Part shown: positions 1-9,309 of the stretch, piece by piece
Layout of the letters: each line of letters starts with the position of its first letter
Position numbering within the stretch: the stretch's first letter is position 1
Sequence record: SRR20825006_1228
DNA: 64,000 nucleotides
Reading direction: 5' to 3' (one strand)
Position numbers and translations under genes: made by a program
The notes under the pieces: generated by a model
The model's database searches: none
Told to the model about the DNA's origin: nothing
The model's input: the letters and a program-made list of their open reading frames with translations, nothing else

Positions 1-171
1 CGGGCCCGACCTCAGAACGAAGCGGACACGTATTGCGTGACTGACCTGAGCTCCACGCGGCAGAGTTTATTCTGGGAGTCTCACCTTATTTTTTGGCCGC
101 CCCTAAAAGTGCCCTCATTCAGGGCTGGAGTATTTGGCGCTTCCTTACCTCTACGGGCTGGCTCTAACGAG

Positions 172-248
172 GCGATCCATCAGTGCTGGTTCAGGCATTT
201 TGCCCTGAGCCGGCCATTGAATGACTCGATGAAAAGTCATTGTCTGTC
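172..248 (-). pseudogene. IS3-family transposase (OrfB) remnant, distal part
   Basis: The minus strand reads ...TDN..IESFNGRLRAKCLNQH, the IS3 integrase-core C-terminal motif. It is frameshifted and continues from the fragment at 1219-1368 across the IS66 insertion. Confidence 0.8.
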
Positions 249-1218
249 GTAAGCGCCACACTGCTCCCCTCGTGCGGCGCATGAGGTGAATGTGGCAAGA
301 GTCCGCCGATCGTTAGAGTCGGACGGTCCAATTGGGAGCAGACGGCAAAATGGACGTCCTGAGGCGCCCCCAATGGGTTCCGAGATTATTGGGAGAGTCC
401 GTTGGTTGAATAGCTCAAAGCGTGTTGGTTGGCGAGCGCGCCGAGCCCGGAGCCATCCCAAAGCTCAGGCGCTCGGCGCGCGCCTGTCGGCGTGAGGCCG
501 CGGGTGCAGCAGGTCATCTAGCCCGAGCGCGCGTTGTGCCCGTGCGGCTGCGGCGAGATGGCCAGGATTGGCCAGGACGTCAGCGAACGGCTGACGCGCC
601 TGGAATGACCGCAAGGACCGTGGAAGCTCGTCCAATGCTGGGTCCATCTGCGCCGAAGGTTCGTGAAGCTGGCGCGCAACACCAAGTCCCCGATCGCCGA
701 GGCCGCCGTGCGCCAGTTCACTAAGCTATACGCCATTGAGGCGACGGTGCGAGGAATGACGCCACAAACTCGGATCGCCGCGCGACAACGGCACTCCTCC
801 CCGATCATAGCCGCCTTGAAGCCCTGGTTTGAAAAGCAATTGTCAAGGGTCTCCTCCGGCTCTAAGCTGGCCGAAGACATTCTCTAAGGTCTTGCCCATT
901 GGGAAGGGCTCACCCGCTTCCTGGCGATGGCCGGCTCGAGTTCGATACCAACCCGGTCGAAAACGCCATCCGGCCGATATGCCTAATCAGAAAAAATGCC
1001 CTGTTTTCTGGACACGAGATCGCGGCCGAAAACTGAGCGCTGCTCTCATCCGTCGTGGCCACCTGCAAGCTCAACGACGTTAATCCCATTGCCTACCGCG
1101 CAGATACCTTCGACGCCATCATCAACGGCCATCCGCAGAGCCAGATCGAGGAACTCATGCCCTGACGATTCCGGAAAATGTCATGCCTAAATCCGTAGGC
1201 GATCGGCGAGGCGCTTAC
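249..1218 (+). mobile_element. Internally deleted IS66-family element (970 bp)
   Basis: Terminal inverted repeats GTAAGCGCC (249-257) and GGCGCTTAC (1210-1218), with flanking direct repeat TGTCTGTC (241-248 and 1219-1226). Internal TnpC fragments: CPCGCGEMARIGQDVSERL, QCWVHLRRRFVKLAR...LYAIE, DGRLEFDTNPVENAIRP, ATCKLNDVNP. Confidence 0.92.
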
Positions 1219-1368
1219 TGTCTGTCGGTTTTCCGGGCCGTGAGGCGTCCAGCGTCACATTGTTTGGATGTGCCTATAGGTCGAAGTTCACGGGAGATGA
1301 ACTCAGAGCCTTGGTCGACCCGGATCGTCTTCGGATAGTCAATCTTGCCGCACACAAGGTCGAGTTCA
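1219..1368 (-). pseudogene. IS3-family transposase (OrfB) remnant, proximal part
   Basis: Reads YPKTIRVDQGSEFISRE and, after a frameshift, NNVTLDASRPGKPTD, the IS3 DDE core. Confidence 0.85.
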
Positions 1369-2070
1369 TCTGACTTTAATCCGGTCTTTACAACGAACAC
1401 CCACGCGGATTCTTTCGGAACTGTCGTCCAAAAATCGATGCCAGCTTTCCAGGCAACCTCAAACTGCTCCGGCCCGAGCGAGGAGTACGCAAGCACGTCC
1501 CGCTTTCTTGACTAAAAACCGATCGGCGCACCAGCACTTTTCATCGTCGAGACGCTTTTGGCGCCGAGAGGTGACCAGACGTCGGGTGTCACCTTTCCCC
1601 TGCAATACACCTTTTTAAGTCCTCAAAGCTTGTGGCCAGCCTCGATTCCATTGGGCACCCCCGTCAAGCGTCCTGCATCAGGTCAATTCATCAGTAATGG
1701 TGATACGCGATGAAGCCGCAGCCGGCCAGTAGAAGTTCTTTCCATTTCCAAATGAAGTGCCTCGCCCCTTGTTCCCGGCTAACGCCGGGTGACTTGGACG
1801 ACACCTGCCGGACCTTGAAACCGTCCTTCCGAAGAATTTTTCCCGCCTCTGCGCGGCTCCTCCTGGATCATGTGTGGACACCCTGCGACCTCCGTATCAA
1901 ATGGCTTCCATTCCAGCCAACAACCGAAAATGTTAATGTCATCATAGTGCTATCGCGTAGCAATAGTGCCCACCTTCATCCCGCACGGCCCGCCAGCCAG
2001 ACCTTCAAACAGAGAAAAGTACCGTCACTTCCGCCGAAAGCCCCACACACCGCGGGCTTTGGCGCCAGGG

Positions 2071-2292
2071 CTGATCTCAGGCTCCGGGTCCGGAGCGAGT
2101 GCCACCCTCTCTTACGATCCGCTGGGGCGGCTGCAAAAGACGGTGATCCACGACACGGAGACGAACTTCCTGTATGATGGGGACGCACTGATCGCGGAAT
2201 ATGACAGCACCGGCACACTGCTGCGGCGCTATGTGCATGGGTCGCGGGTGGACAGCCCTCTGATCTGGTATGACGGGAGCGCAGCAGATGAT
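2071..2292 (+). pseudogene. Rhs/YD-repeat protein fragment
   Basis: ATLSYDPLGRL...FLYDGDALIAEYDSTGTLLRRYVHG...PLIWY matches Rhs core repeats. There is no N-terminus and no core C-terminal motif. Confidence 0.8.
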
Positions 2293-2698
2293 GCGCCTTT
2301 CGTTACGGGAGAAGGGCATGCGGAAAGTGGTATGGGTATCGATCCCGGTGCAGGTTTGTTTTTTCATAGGATAAAACACGAGAGGTAGCGAGGGTGGATC
2401 ATCTGAGTGGCGAAACCAGTTACACTCCTGGATTTCCCGGTATCTCGGACATGAAGCAGGACAACCGTTCTAAGTATGAGATCGAGTAAATGAAGTGGTA
2501 CTTGGATACTTTTGGGAAAATTGGGCCTCCATTCGCATTGGTGGGCGTTGTTTTTTTTGTCGACATTTTTTAGTTGGGGGCCGTTAGACGTTCTGCGACC
2601 ATTTGCGCTTCCAAGCTCATTTCTGGTTTTTCTCTTTTACATCGTGTGGTGCATGATGCGACCCAAGTAGCAAACTTGCGGGCATTGTAAGTGTAACT

Positions 2699-2945
2699 GG
2701 CATTGTCAACAGAACTAAGTTTGAGACGGTGCCCCCTTGAGCGTAGGCTCCAGAAATGAGCCAGAGCCATTCCGCGATTTCAAAACGTCGCCATAGATCA
2801 TCTAAATCGCGGTGATGATATATGTCCGCTTCCCGCTGTCGCTTCGAAATGTCGAGGACCTACTCCATGAACGCGGGATCGACATCGGCCACGAAACGGT
2901 CCGTCACTGGGTCGATCGGTTCTGTACCTACTTCGCTCACAGGAT
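2699..2945 (+). mobile_element. IS6-family remnant (left end plus 5' transposase fragment with stops)
   Basis: IS6-like end GGCATTGTCAAC, followed by FKTSP*II*IAVMIYVRFPLSLRNVEDLLHERGIDIGHETVRHWVDRF with two in-frame stops, then truncated. Confidence 0.85.
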
Positions 2946-2962
2946 AATGGGATTGCCACGAC

Positions 2963-3367
2963 ATGAGCTTTGAACGACAGATTATCATCGTAGGGCACAT
3001 TGCATTCTGGTGTATCTATGTATTTTCCTTAGTGTTTTTTGTTTTGCCAACTTGGGAATGGACTAGCGAGAGTTTTAAATCACACGGTCAGGAGATTTCG
3101 ACCGCAAGTTTGGCTTCTCTATTAACTCCTCTATGGATGTTGATCGTCTTCGGTTGGTGCACGTTGTGCCAAGTATCAAGGCGACCGATTTCTATTCGAT
3201 CAGTTTGGGCTGCCGCGGTGGCCATCGGAGCGAGCGGATTGGCAGCTGCTATCTATCTTTCAATACATCAGACGGCATTTGCCATGATTCCTGTGTTGGT
3301 TTGCTCATTGGTAGCGATAACTGTCGGCTATTGGAAGCACAGGTATTCTCAGGCTAACCGGGCTTGA
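2963..3367 (+). CDS. Hypothetical membrane protein (about 4 TM helices)
   Basis: 134-aa ORF with four hydrophobic stretches, lying between two IS6 remnants. Confidence 0.55.
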   Translation: MSFERQIIIVGHIAFWCIYVFSLVFFVLPTWEWTSESFKSHGQEISTASLASLLTPLWMLIVFGWCTLCQVSRRPISIRSVWAAAVAIGASGLAAAIYLSIHQTAFAMIPVLVCSLVAITVGYWKHRYSQANRA

Positions 3368-3370
3368 GGC

Positions 3371-3874
3371 AGTGTTGTCAGCGAAAACGATCTTGAGGTG
3401 ACCGATCCTAGTGATTAGCCTTCTAATCTGGCCAAGAACCCGTTCCTCTACTTCAAAACCTCTCCTGAGATCATTCAACTCGGCGTACTGATGTATGTTC
3501 GCTTCCCGCTCTCGCTTCGGATTGCCGAAGACCTTCTCCAAGAGCGCGGCATCAACATCTGCCACGAAAGTGTGAGGCTCTGGGTGGATCGGCTCGGGGC
3601 ACCATCTCAATAGCTGGGCCAAAAATTCTCACCTGCCGTTCTTGAGGCGAGAGCGGGCGATGTCTCGCTTCCGGCGCATGCGAAGTCTTCAGAAGTTCGT
3701 TTCAATTCACTCCTCAGTGTACAATCACTTCAATCATCAAAAGAATATCGAGAGCAGGGTCAGGTTCAAATCGCTACGTGACGTCGCTCTTTTCGAATGG
3801 CGCGAGCTGATCGTTGCCTGAGACCTGTTGGTCCGCGAATAAAGGAGACTGGTTCGAGTTAGTCTGACAGCACC
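3371..3874 (+). mobile_element. Internally deleted IS6-family element
   Basis: Imperfect ends AGTGTTGTCAG and CTGACAGCACC. The N-terminus (KNPFLYFKTSPEIIQLGVLMYVRFPLSLR...HESVRLWVDR) is joined out of frame to the C-terminus (NSHLPFLRRERAMSRFRRMRSLQKFVSIHSSVYNHFN...EWREL). The central DDE region is missing. Confidence 0.88.
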
Positions 3875-3966
3875 CTTTAACAATTGTTGAATACGGAGTG
3901 GTCATTTCAACGGCTGCGCTTTCACAGATCTAAACTACGCGCTGATAACTGTAGATTCCACTACAG

Positions 3967-6249
3967 GTGTCAGACATGCAAGACTATGGACCACCAGCTG
4001 CCCCACGACGTGCACGCACGTTTGTGATTGCCGCGTTGTTTTTCGGCTTCGCGGGCCTGGTGAATCTGTTCTCCCCATTGGATCTGGTGTTCAACGGAAT
4101 ATCCAACGGGCTCAGGTCTCCGGCGGTCGACGACCGGTTTATCATCCTCGAAGTGAATGATGGATTCGAACACGTCGCGGCAGGCGATACCTGGTCGGAT
4201 ATGTTCACTAGCGAGCTTGTGTCATTTCTGAATACGCTCGACGTGGAGTCGGCAGTTATTGTCGAGCCCGTTTTCACGTCGACATCTCAATTTCCCTTGC
4301 TGACAAGGGCGCTGGAACAGCCCACGAATACCGTGTCGGTGTCCGCCGCTCCAAATCTCAAACTGGAGTCTCCATCAGAGGGATTACGAGACCACCTGAC
4401 GTCCTCAAACTATTTCAAACGATACTGGGGCGGCGTCGAATTTGGGTCTTTTGGTGCCGAGTACGCCGATGTTTTCCTGCCGTCTCCGGAGAGTAAGCTC
4501 TCTGACAAAACCGACAATATCGGCCCTTCATTCGAAATTGACTATGCTTTTGACGTTGAGGCGTTTCAGCGGCTTGATTTGAGCACTGTGCTGGCACCAG
4601 ATTTCGACGCGGCGCTTGTCCGCGGGAAACGGCTTGTCGTGGCGCAAGCCAGTCAAGGCGACAACCATCCCTATTTGATGCCCTCGCAGGGAAACGGCTC
4701 TCTGGCAGAAGTCATCCTGATGGCGGCGATGACTCTGGGCGAAGAACGTCCCCTTAACGCTGGATTTCTTCCTGCCTGGCTGTTTTCTGTAGGCGCAGTG
4801 GGCTTGATGCTCAGTCGACGTTTTGGCTCCATGGCGCTGCGTTGGGCACCAGTCGCGCTGGCATGCATGATCGTGTTCCCCATTGTCATGGACATGTTTT
4901 CCATTCGCACGAGTAGCGGCCATGCGATCGGAATGATTTCGTTCGGGACATTGATCGCGTGGATGCGTTTGAAAAAACGGGAAACTGCGAACAAGGCGTT
5001 CACGCACAATCTTTCCCATCTTCCCAGTGCGCAATGCTTGAGCGCTCATGTCGGCCAAGACCAGCGTGTCATGGTGGCAGCTGTGGTGACAAACTATGCG
5101 GCTATTTCGACTGGCCTCACTCCCGAACAAGAAGGGATCACCGCGAATACGATAGCGAATGCTTTACCGAGTTCTGGAGCCGTATATCAAGGCGACCTCG
5201 GTCAATTCTACTGGCTGCAAACCGATTTTGACGAAGCAGCAATGGAAGACCTGTTCGAAGCCACGGCGAACCAACTCAACAAGGGGGTCATTGTTGGCGA
5301 GAGAACTCTGATAGTTCAGGTTGCCTTTGGTGTTGAACGCATCGCCTCTGCCTCTTTGGCGTCGCGGCTGAAAACGGCGGAATCCGCTGCCCAGGCTGCC
5401 GCGCGACAGAGAAAAACGTACAAGCTGCATGATCAGGATGCCCAAGACGCGCTGCTGTGGCAGAGCCGGGTCCTTTTTGAAATGGATGAGGCGCTTCGTA
5501 ACCGCGAGATCTATATAGCGCTTCAACCCCAGTTGAATATCCGTTCCGGAAGGATTTCAAGCGCCGAGGTATTGGTACGCTGGACACACCCGGAAATGGG
5601 CGTCATCTCGCCGGCCGAATTCGTCCAGATGGCTGAACGGGGAAAGCGCATCGACCAACTTACACAATATGTCATTCAGTCATCATTTCAGTTTCTGCGT
5701 GACGCTCAAAAAATTGATCCCGGATTCAACATCGCAGTGAATATCTCGCCCAGCCTGATCGGTAGCGCGGAATTTGAGTTCATGCTGCACGCTGCCTTAC
5801 GTGTGTATGGGGTCGAGGCAAGCAGCATCATGCTTGAGATCACTGAAAACGAGCAGTTACTAAACAATTCCGGAGCCCAGGATGCTATGGGGCGGCTCAG
5901 GGACGCCGGTTTCGGGATATCCATTGATGATTACGGAGCTGGCCTGTCCACGCTGACCTATCTGTTGAAGGTGCCCGCCAACGAGGTCAAACTTGATCGA
6001 ACGCTTATTAGCACGCTTCGGTACAATGAGCGTAGCCAGCTCTTGATCCAGTCTACCATCAGCGTTGCCCAATCACTGGGAATGCATGTTGTGGCCGAGG
6101 GTGTGGAAGACCTGGATACGTTGGCAATTCTTCGCACATTGGAATGCAATCTGGCGCAAGGATACTTTATCGGACAGCCCGTCGGTGCGGAAGAAATCCT
6201 GTCTATTCTAGAAAGCTCAAGTAGTGTGCAAGCTGTAGCGCAAGCTTAA
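3967..6249 (+). CDS. Membrane-anchored EAL c-di-GMP phosphodiesterase (CHASE2-like sensor, degenerate GGDEF-like domain)
   Basis: N-terminal TM, periplasmic domain and three TMs. EAL motifs QPQ, AEVLVRW, VNISP, LEITE, DDYGAG, EVKLD, VAEGVE and QGY are present. There is no GGDEF motif in the middle domain. Confidence 0.88.
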   Translation: MSDMQDYGPPAAPRRARTFVIAALFFGFAGLVNLFSPLDLVFNGISNGLRSPAVDDRFIILEVNDGFEHVAAGDTWSDMFTSELVSFLNTLDVESAVIVEPVFTSTSQFPLLTRALEQPTNTVSVSAAPNLKLESPSEGLRDHLTSSNYFKRYWGGVEFGSFGAEYADVFLPSPESKLSDKTDNIGPSFEIDYAFDVEAFQRLDLSTVLAPDFDAALVRGKRLVVAQASQGDNHPYLMPSQGNGSLAEVILMAAMTLGEERPLNAGFLPAWLFSVGAVGLMLSRRFGSMALRWAPVALACMIVFPIVMDMFSIRTSSGHAIGMISFGTLIAWMRLKKRETANKAFTHNLSHLPSAQCLSAHVGQDQRVMVAAVVTNYAAISTGLTPEQEGITANTIANALPSSGAVYQGDLGQFYWLQTDFDEAAMEDLFEATANQLNKGVIVGERTLIVQVAFGVERIASASLASRLKTAESAAQAAARQRKTYKLHDQDAQDALLWQSRVLFEMDEALRNREIYIALQPQLNIRSGRISSAEVLVRWTHPEMGVISPAEFVQMAERGKRIDQLTQYVIQSSFQFLRDAQKIDPGFNIAVNISPSLIGSAEFEFMLHAALRVYGVEASSIMLEITENEQLLNNSGAQDAMGRLRDAGFGISIDDYGAGLSTLTYLLKVPANEVKLDRTLISTLRYNERSQLLIQSTISVAQSLGMHVVAEGVEDLDTLAILRTLECNLAQGYFIGQPVGAEEILSILESSSSVQAVAQA

Positions 6250-6288
6250 CATTTCCATAAAATTACTTTGAAATTTGCAAAATTCAGT

Positions 6289-6340
6289 TAACCTTTGACG
6301 TCTGGGGCAGATGGACTGCTCCTTAACATGTCAAAGGTTA
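6289..6340. other. Long imperfect hairpin
   Basis: Outer perfect 11-bp inverted repeat TAACCTTTGAC/GTCAAAGGTTA encloses an inner stem GGGGCAG-ATGGA-CTGCTCC. Confidence 0.6.
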
Positions 6341-6344
6341 CATC

Positions 6345-6410
6345 ATGCAGAAGCAAACAAAACCAACACAGCGCGACATCTGGGACTGGATTTTCGGAAA
6401 GCGCCCATAG
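6345..6410 (+). CDS. Possible small ORF (21 aa, MQKQTKPTQRDIWDWIFGKRP)
   Basis: ATG preceded by SD-like AAAGGT. It is too short for the ORF track and was translated by hand. Confidence 0.3.
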   Translation: MQKQTKPTQRDIWDWIFGKRP

Positions 6411-6764
6411 GGGTAGAAGTGCTTTTAAGATAAGCACTTACCAGCGCAGCTGGTGCAAACATCGCCACCAAACGGCAGCCCTGTGTAAGGTCAGTCGTTC
6501 GGTGGTTTTTTTATGTTCGGACTCTGCGCGAGCGTCATGCCAAATAACCACCAGCGAGTGGATGAGAGATTCGATGCTGGAAACTATGGTTCGACAGCTG
6601 GGCAAGCAAATGGTCGAACATTCGAAGGAGCCTTCAGCGCTAATCGAGGCAGGCGCTGACTTGCCTGAGCATACTTGACGAATACTGCCCGGTATTCGGA
6701 GCTAACGAAGATGTGAGGACTTTGGCGCCCGAATGTAACTGGATACTAAGGTCAGTTAGGGTAC

Positions 6765-8201
6765 ATGAGCGCTATGAGATACGTCGCCTGCCACGCGTCC
6801 ATAGGTGCCACTGCCATAATGCTGGCGGGGTGCGTCAGTGCGCCCGCTGGTCCGACAATGCCGGATGTGCCGGTTCATGGAACATATCTGTCAGAAGCTG
6901 CTGATTTGAGCCTTGAGTTGGAGTGGTGGAAACAGTTTGGAGATCCGGTTCTCGATAGCCTCATCGCCCAGTCCTTATCCGCAAACAAGTCTCTCGACCA
7001 AGCTGCTGCAAATGTAAGAGTTGCTGAAGCGATTGCATCTGGAGCTCGGCTTGATCGCAGCTACTCCGCTTCTACGTCATTTGATGGAGATGTTGGGCGG
7101 TCCGCTCAGCCAGGCCAAGACGTGAGGGCCTCGATTCAAGGGGCGCTTGGAGCGAGTTGGGAGTACGATGCATTCGGTCGCATTGAAGCCCAAATCGCCG
7201 CCGCAGAATTTGATGTCGAAGCGGCTCGGCAGGCTCGCCGAGATGTTGCGGTGATCGTCGCCAGTGAGACGGCTCTGAATTATGTGCAATTGCGCGGTGC
7301 GCAAAGACGACTTGCGGTTGCGCGCAAGAATGCCGACACCCAGTCTGAAGGATTGGACCTGTTACAGACACTTTTAGACAATGGCCGGGCAACCCGACTG
7401 GATATGGAGCGAGCAGAGGCTCAGTATCGTACGACGCTCGCGTCGCTTCCTCGCTACGAGGCGGCCATAGAATCAGCCAAGAGCGCGCTCGCCGCGTTGA
7501 CTGGACAGCCGGCAAATTCTCGATCGGGTCTGGTGATGGAATTGGTGACCAGCGCGGATGATATTCCAGAGCACCGCGGCGCGATCATGGCAGGGTCGGT
7601 TGAAGATCTGGTCCGCCGACGTCCGGATATTCGCAGCGCAGAAGTGGTGATCGCGCGCCAACTGGCATTGGGCGACGCTGCACGTGCGGACTTGTTTCCG
7701 ACGATAACCGTCAATGCGAACGTTCTGGCTTTGTTTGATGATGCCAATGATATCGGCGATTTGACGAGCTTCGGATTTGGCGTTGGCCCTTCGATAAGTT
7801 GGGCGTGGCCTGATCTCAGGCGGGTGCGGGCAAACATAGATGCGACCGACGCACGAACAGACGCGGCGATTGCGCAATATGAACAGACCGTATTGAATGC
7901 TTTGAGCGAAGTCGAATCCGCTCTCTCGGAATACACGAATGAGTTGAAGCGCCGCGACGATCTAAAGAGAGCGGCGGCATCAGCGCAGCGGGCGATAGAA
8001 CTTGCGCGTCTACGGTTCGAAGAAGGTCTCGACGATTATCTGGATGTGCTGGAAGCGCAGCGAACATTGTTGACGGCGGAAGATCAGTTGGCTGAAAGCC
8101 GACTTCAGTCATCTAGCCGGGCGATTGCCGCGTATCGAGCATTGGGAGGTATAGAAATGCCGAATCAATATGGGACAGAACCCGCAATCGCGTTGGAATA
8201 G
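6765..8201 (+). CDS. RND efflux outer-membrane factor lipoprotein (NodT/OprM family)
   Basis: Lipobox LAGC, WWKQFGDPVL, WEYDAFGR, RRPDIRSAE, YLDVLEAQR and LGG C-terminus. Confidence 0.93.
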   Translation: MSAMRYVACHASIGATAIMLAGCVSAPAGPTMPDVPVHGTYLSEAADLSLELEWWKQFGDPVLDSLIAQSLSANKSLDQAAANVRVAEAIASGARLDRSYSASTSFDGDVGRSAQPGQDVRASIQGALGASWEYDAFGRIEAQIAAAEFDVEAARQARRDVAVIVASETALNYVQLRGAQRRLAVARKNADTQSEGLDLLQTLLDNGRATRLDMERAEAQYRTTLASLPRYEAAIESAKSALAALTGQPANSRSGLVMELVTSADDIPEHRGAIMAGSVEDLVRRRPDIRSAEVVIARQLALGDAARADLFPTITVNANVLALFDDANDIGDLTSFGFGVGPSISWAWPDLRRVRANIDATDARTDAAIAQYEQTVLNALSEVESALSEYTNELKRRDDLKRAAASAQRAIELARLRFEEGLDDYLDVLEAQRTLLTAEDQLAESRLQSSSRAIAAYRALGGIEMPNQYGTEPAIALE

Positions 8202-8203
8202 AT

Positions 8204-9307
8204 ATGTTTACCAGAAACCTGCTTTTCATTTTAGCTGCCGTGTTTGTATCGTCGCTATCAGCTCAGGCGCAGCGGGGTGGTCCCGCGAGTGTTTTCGTTG
8301 AGCCGGTACAGGAACGCAGTTTTGCGATGAGGATTGAGGCGTTGGGCACGCTAGAACCCAACGAGCAAGTCGATCTGACCCTGAATGCGGCTGACCGAGT
8401 GCGGGCGATTTATTTTGACGATGGTGATCGCGTGAAGCAGGGCAAGACCTTGCTCTCGCTTGCGCAGCGCGAACAGGCAGCACTTGTAGAAGCTGCTGAA
8501 GCAACGCTCGATGAAGCGCGGCGCCAGCAGGAACGGCTCGCGCGCCTGGCAGATCAGCAGGCTGTATCCCAGTCAGAACTCGATCAGGCAAATCGTAATC
8601 TTGATAGCGCTGCGGCACAGTTGCGTGCGGTGCAATCTCGCCAACAGGATCGCGTTCTCGTTGCTCCATTTGATGGCGTGCTAGGCTTCCGGATGGTCAG
8701 TGTTGGATCATATGTTCAGCCAGGGGATATCGTTGCGCGGCTGATAGATGACAGCGAAATGAATCTGGACTTTTCCGTGCCGTCGACATTCTTGAGAACC
8801 TTGGCCAAAGGTACGGAAATTGAAGCAAGAACAGCGGATCTTCCCGGGGAAACTTTCAATGGAGTGATTGCGTCAATTGACAACGCAATTGATCCTGTGA
8901 CGCGTTCCGTTCGTGTGCGTGCCACTTTGCCCAACCCGGAGCGTCTGCTGATCTCTGGCATGTTTGTGCAGGTAACCTTGGTGGCGGATCCACGACAAGC
9001 TCTGGCTGTACCTGAAGAAGCAATACAGCCGGTAGGGCCGCGCACATTTGTATTCGTCGTTGAAAACGAAGGTGGACAACTCATCGCGCGGCGTAAGGAA
9101 GTCGAACTCGGGCTACGCCAGGCGGGGTATGTGGAAGTGATGTCAGGTCTAACGGCTGGCGAAGACGTGATTACCGAAGGTATCATCCGTGTTCGCGAGG
9201 GTGCCGCCGTGGAAATTCAGGACCAGTCAATGCTCCTTCCCAAGGCCATCAGCGGCAAGAATCGTAGCGGGGGTGCAGCCGGGTCTCCTGCTTCTACAGG
9301 TCGCTGA
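8204..9307 (+). CDS. RND efflux periplasmic adaptor (MFP)
   Basis: Lipoyl-like halves flanking a coiled coil, with APFDG, IDPVTRSVRVRA and GMFV. Confidence 0.93.
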   Translation: MFTRNLLFILAAVFVSSLSAQAQRGGPASVFVEPVQERSFAMRIEALGTLEPNEQVDLTLNAADRVRAIYFDDGDRVKQGKTLLSLAQREQAALVEAAEATLDEARRQQERLARLADQQAVSQSELDQANRNLDSAAAQLRAVQSRQQDRVLVAPFDGVLGFRMVSVGSYVQPGDIVARLIDDSEMNLDFSVPSTFLRTLAKGTEIEARTADLPGETFNGVIASIDNAIDPVTRSVRVRATLPNPERLLISGMFVQVTLVADPRQALAVPEEAIQPVGPRTFVFVVENEGGQLIARRKEVELGLRQAGYVEVMSGLTAGEDVITEGIIRVREGAAVEIQDQSMLLPKAISGKNRSGGAAGSPASTGR

Positions 9308-9309
9308 CG

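Noticed and set aside
1370-2070. Several short ORFs between the IS3 and Rhs remnants
   Set aside because: No recognisable family on either strand, so I cannot support a call.
6295-6678. 127-aa ORF in the track
   Set aside because: TTG start, no recognisable motifs, and it overlaps the hairpin and a small ORF with a better SD. Probably not coding.
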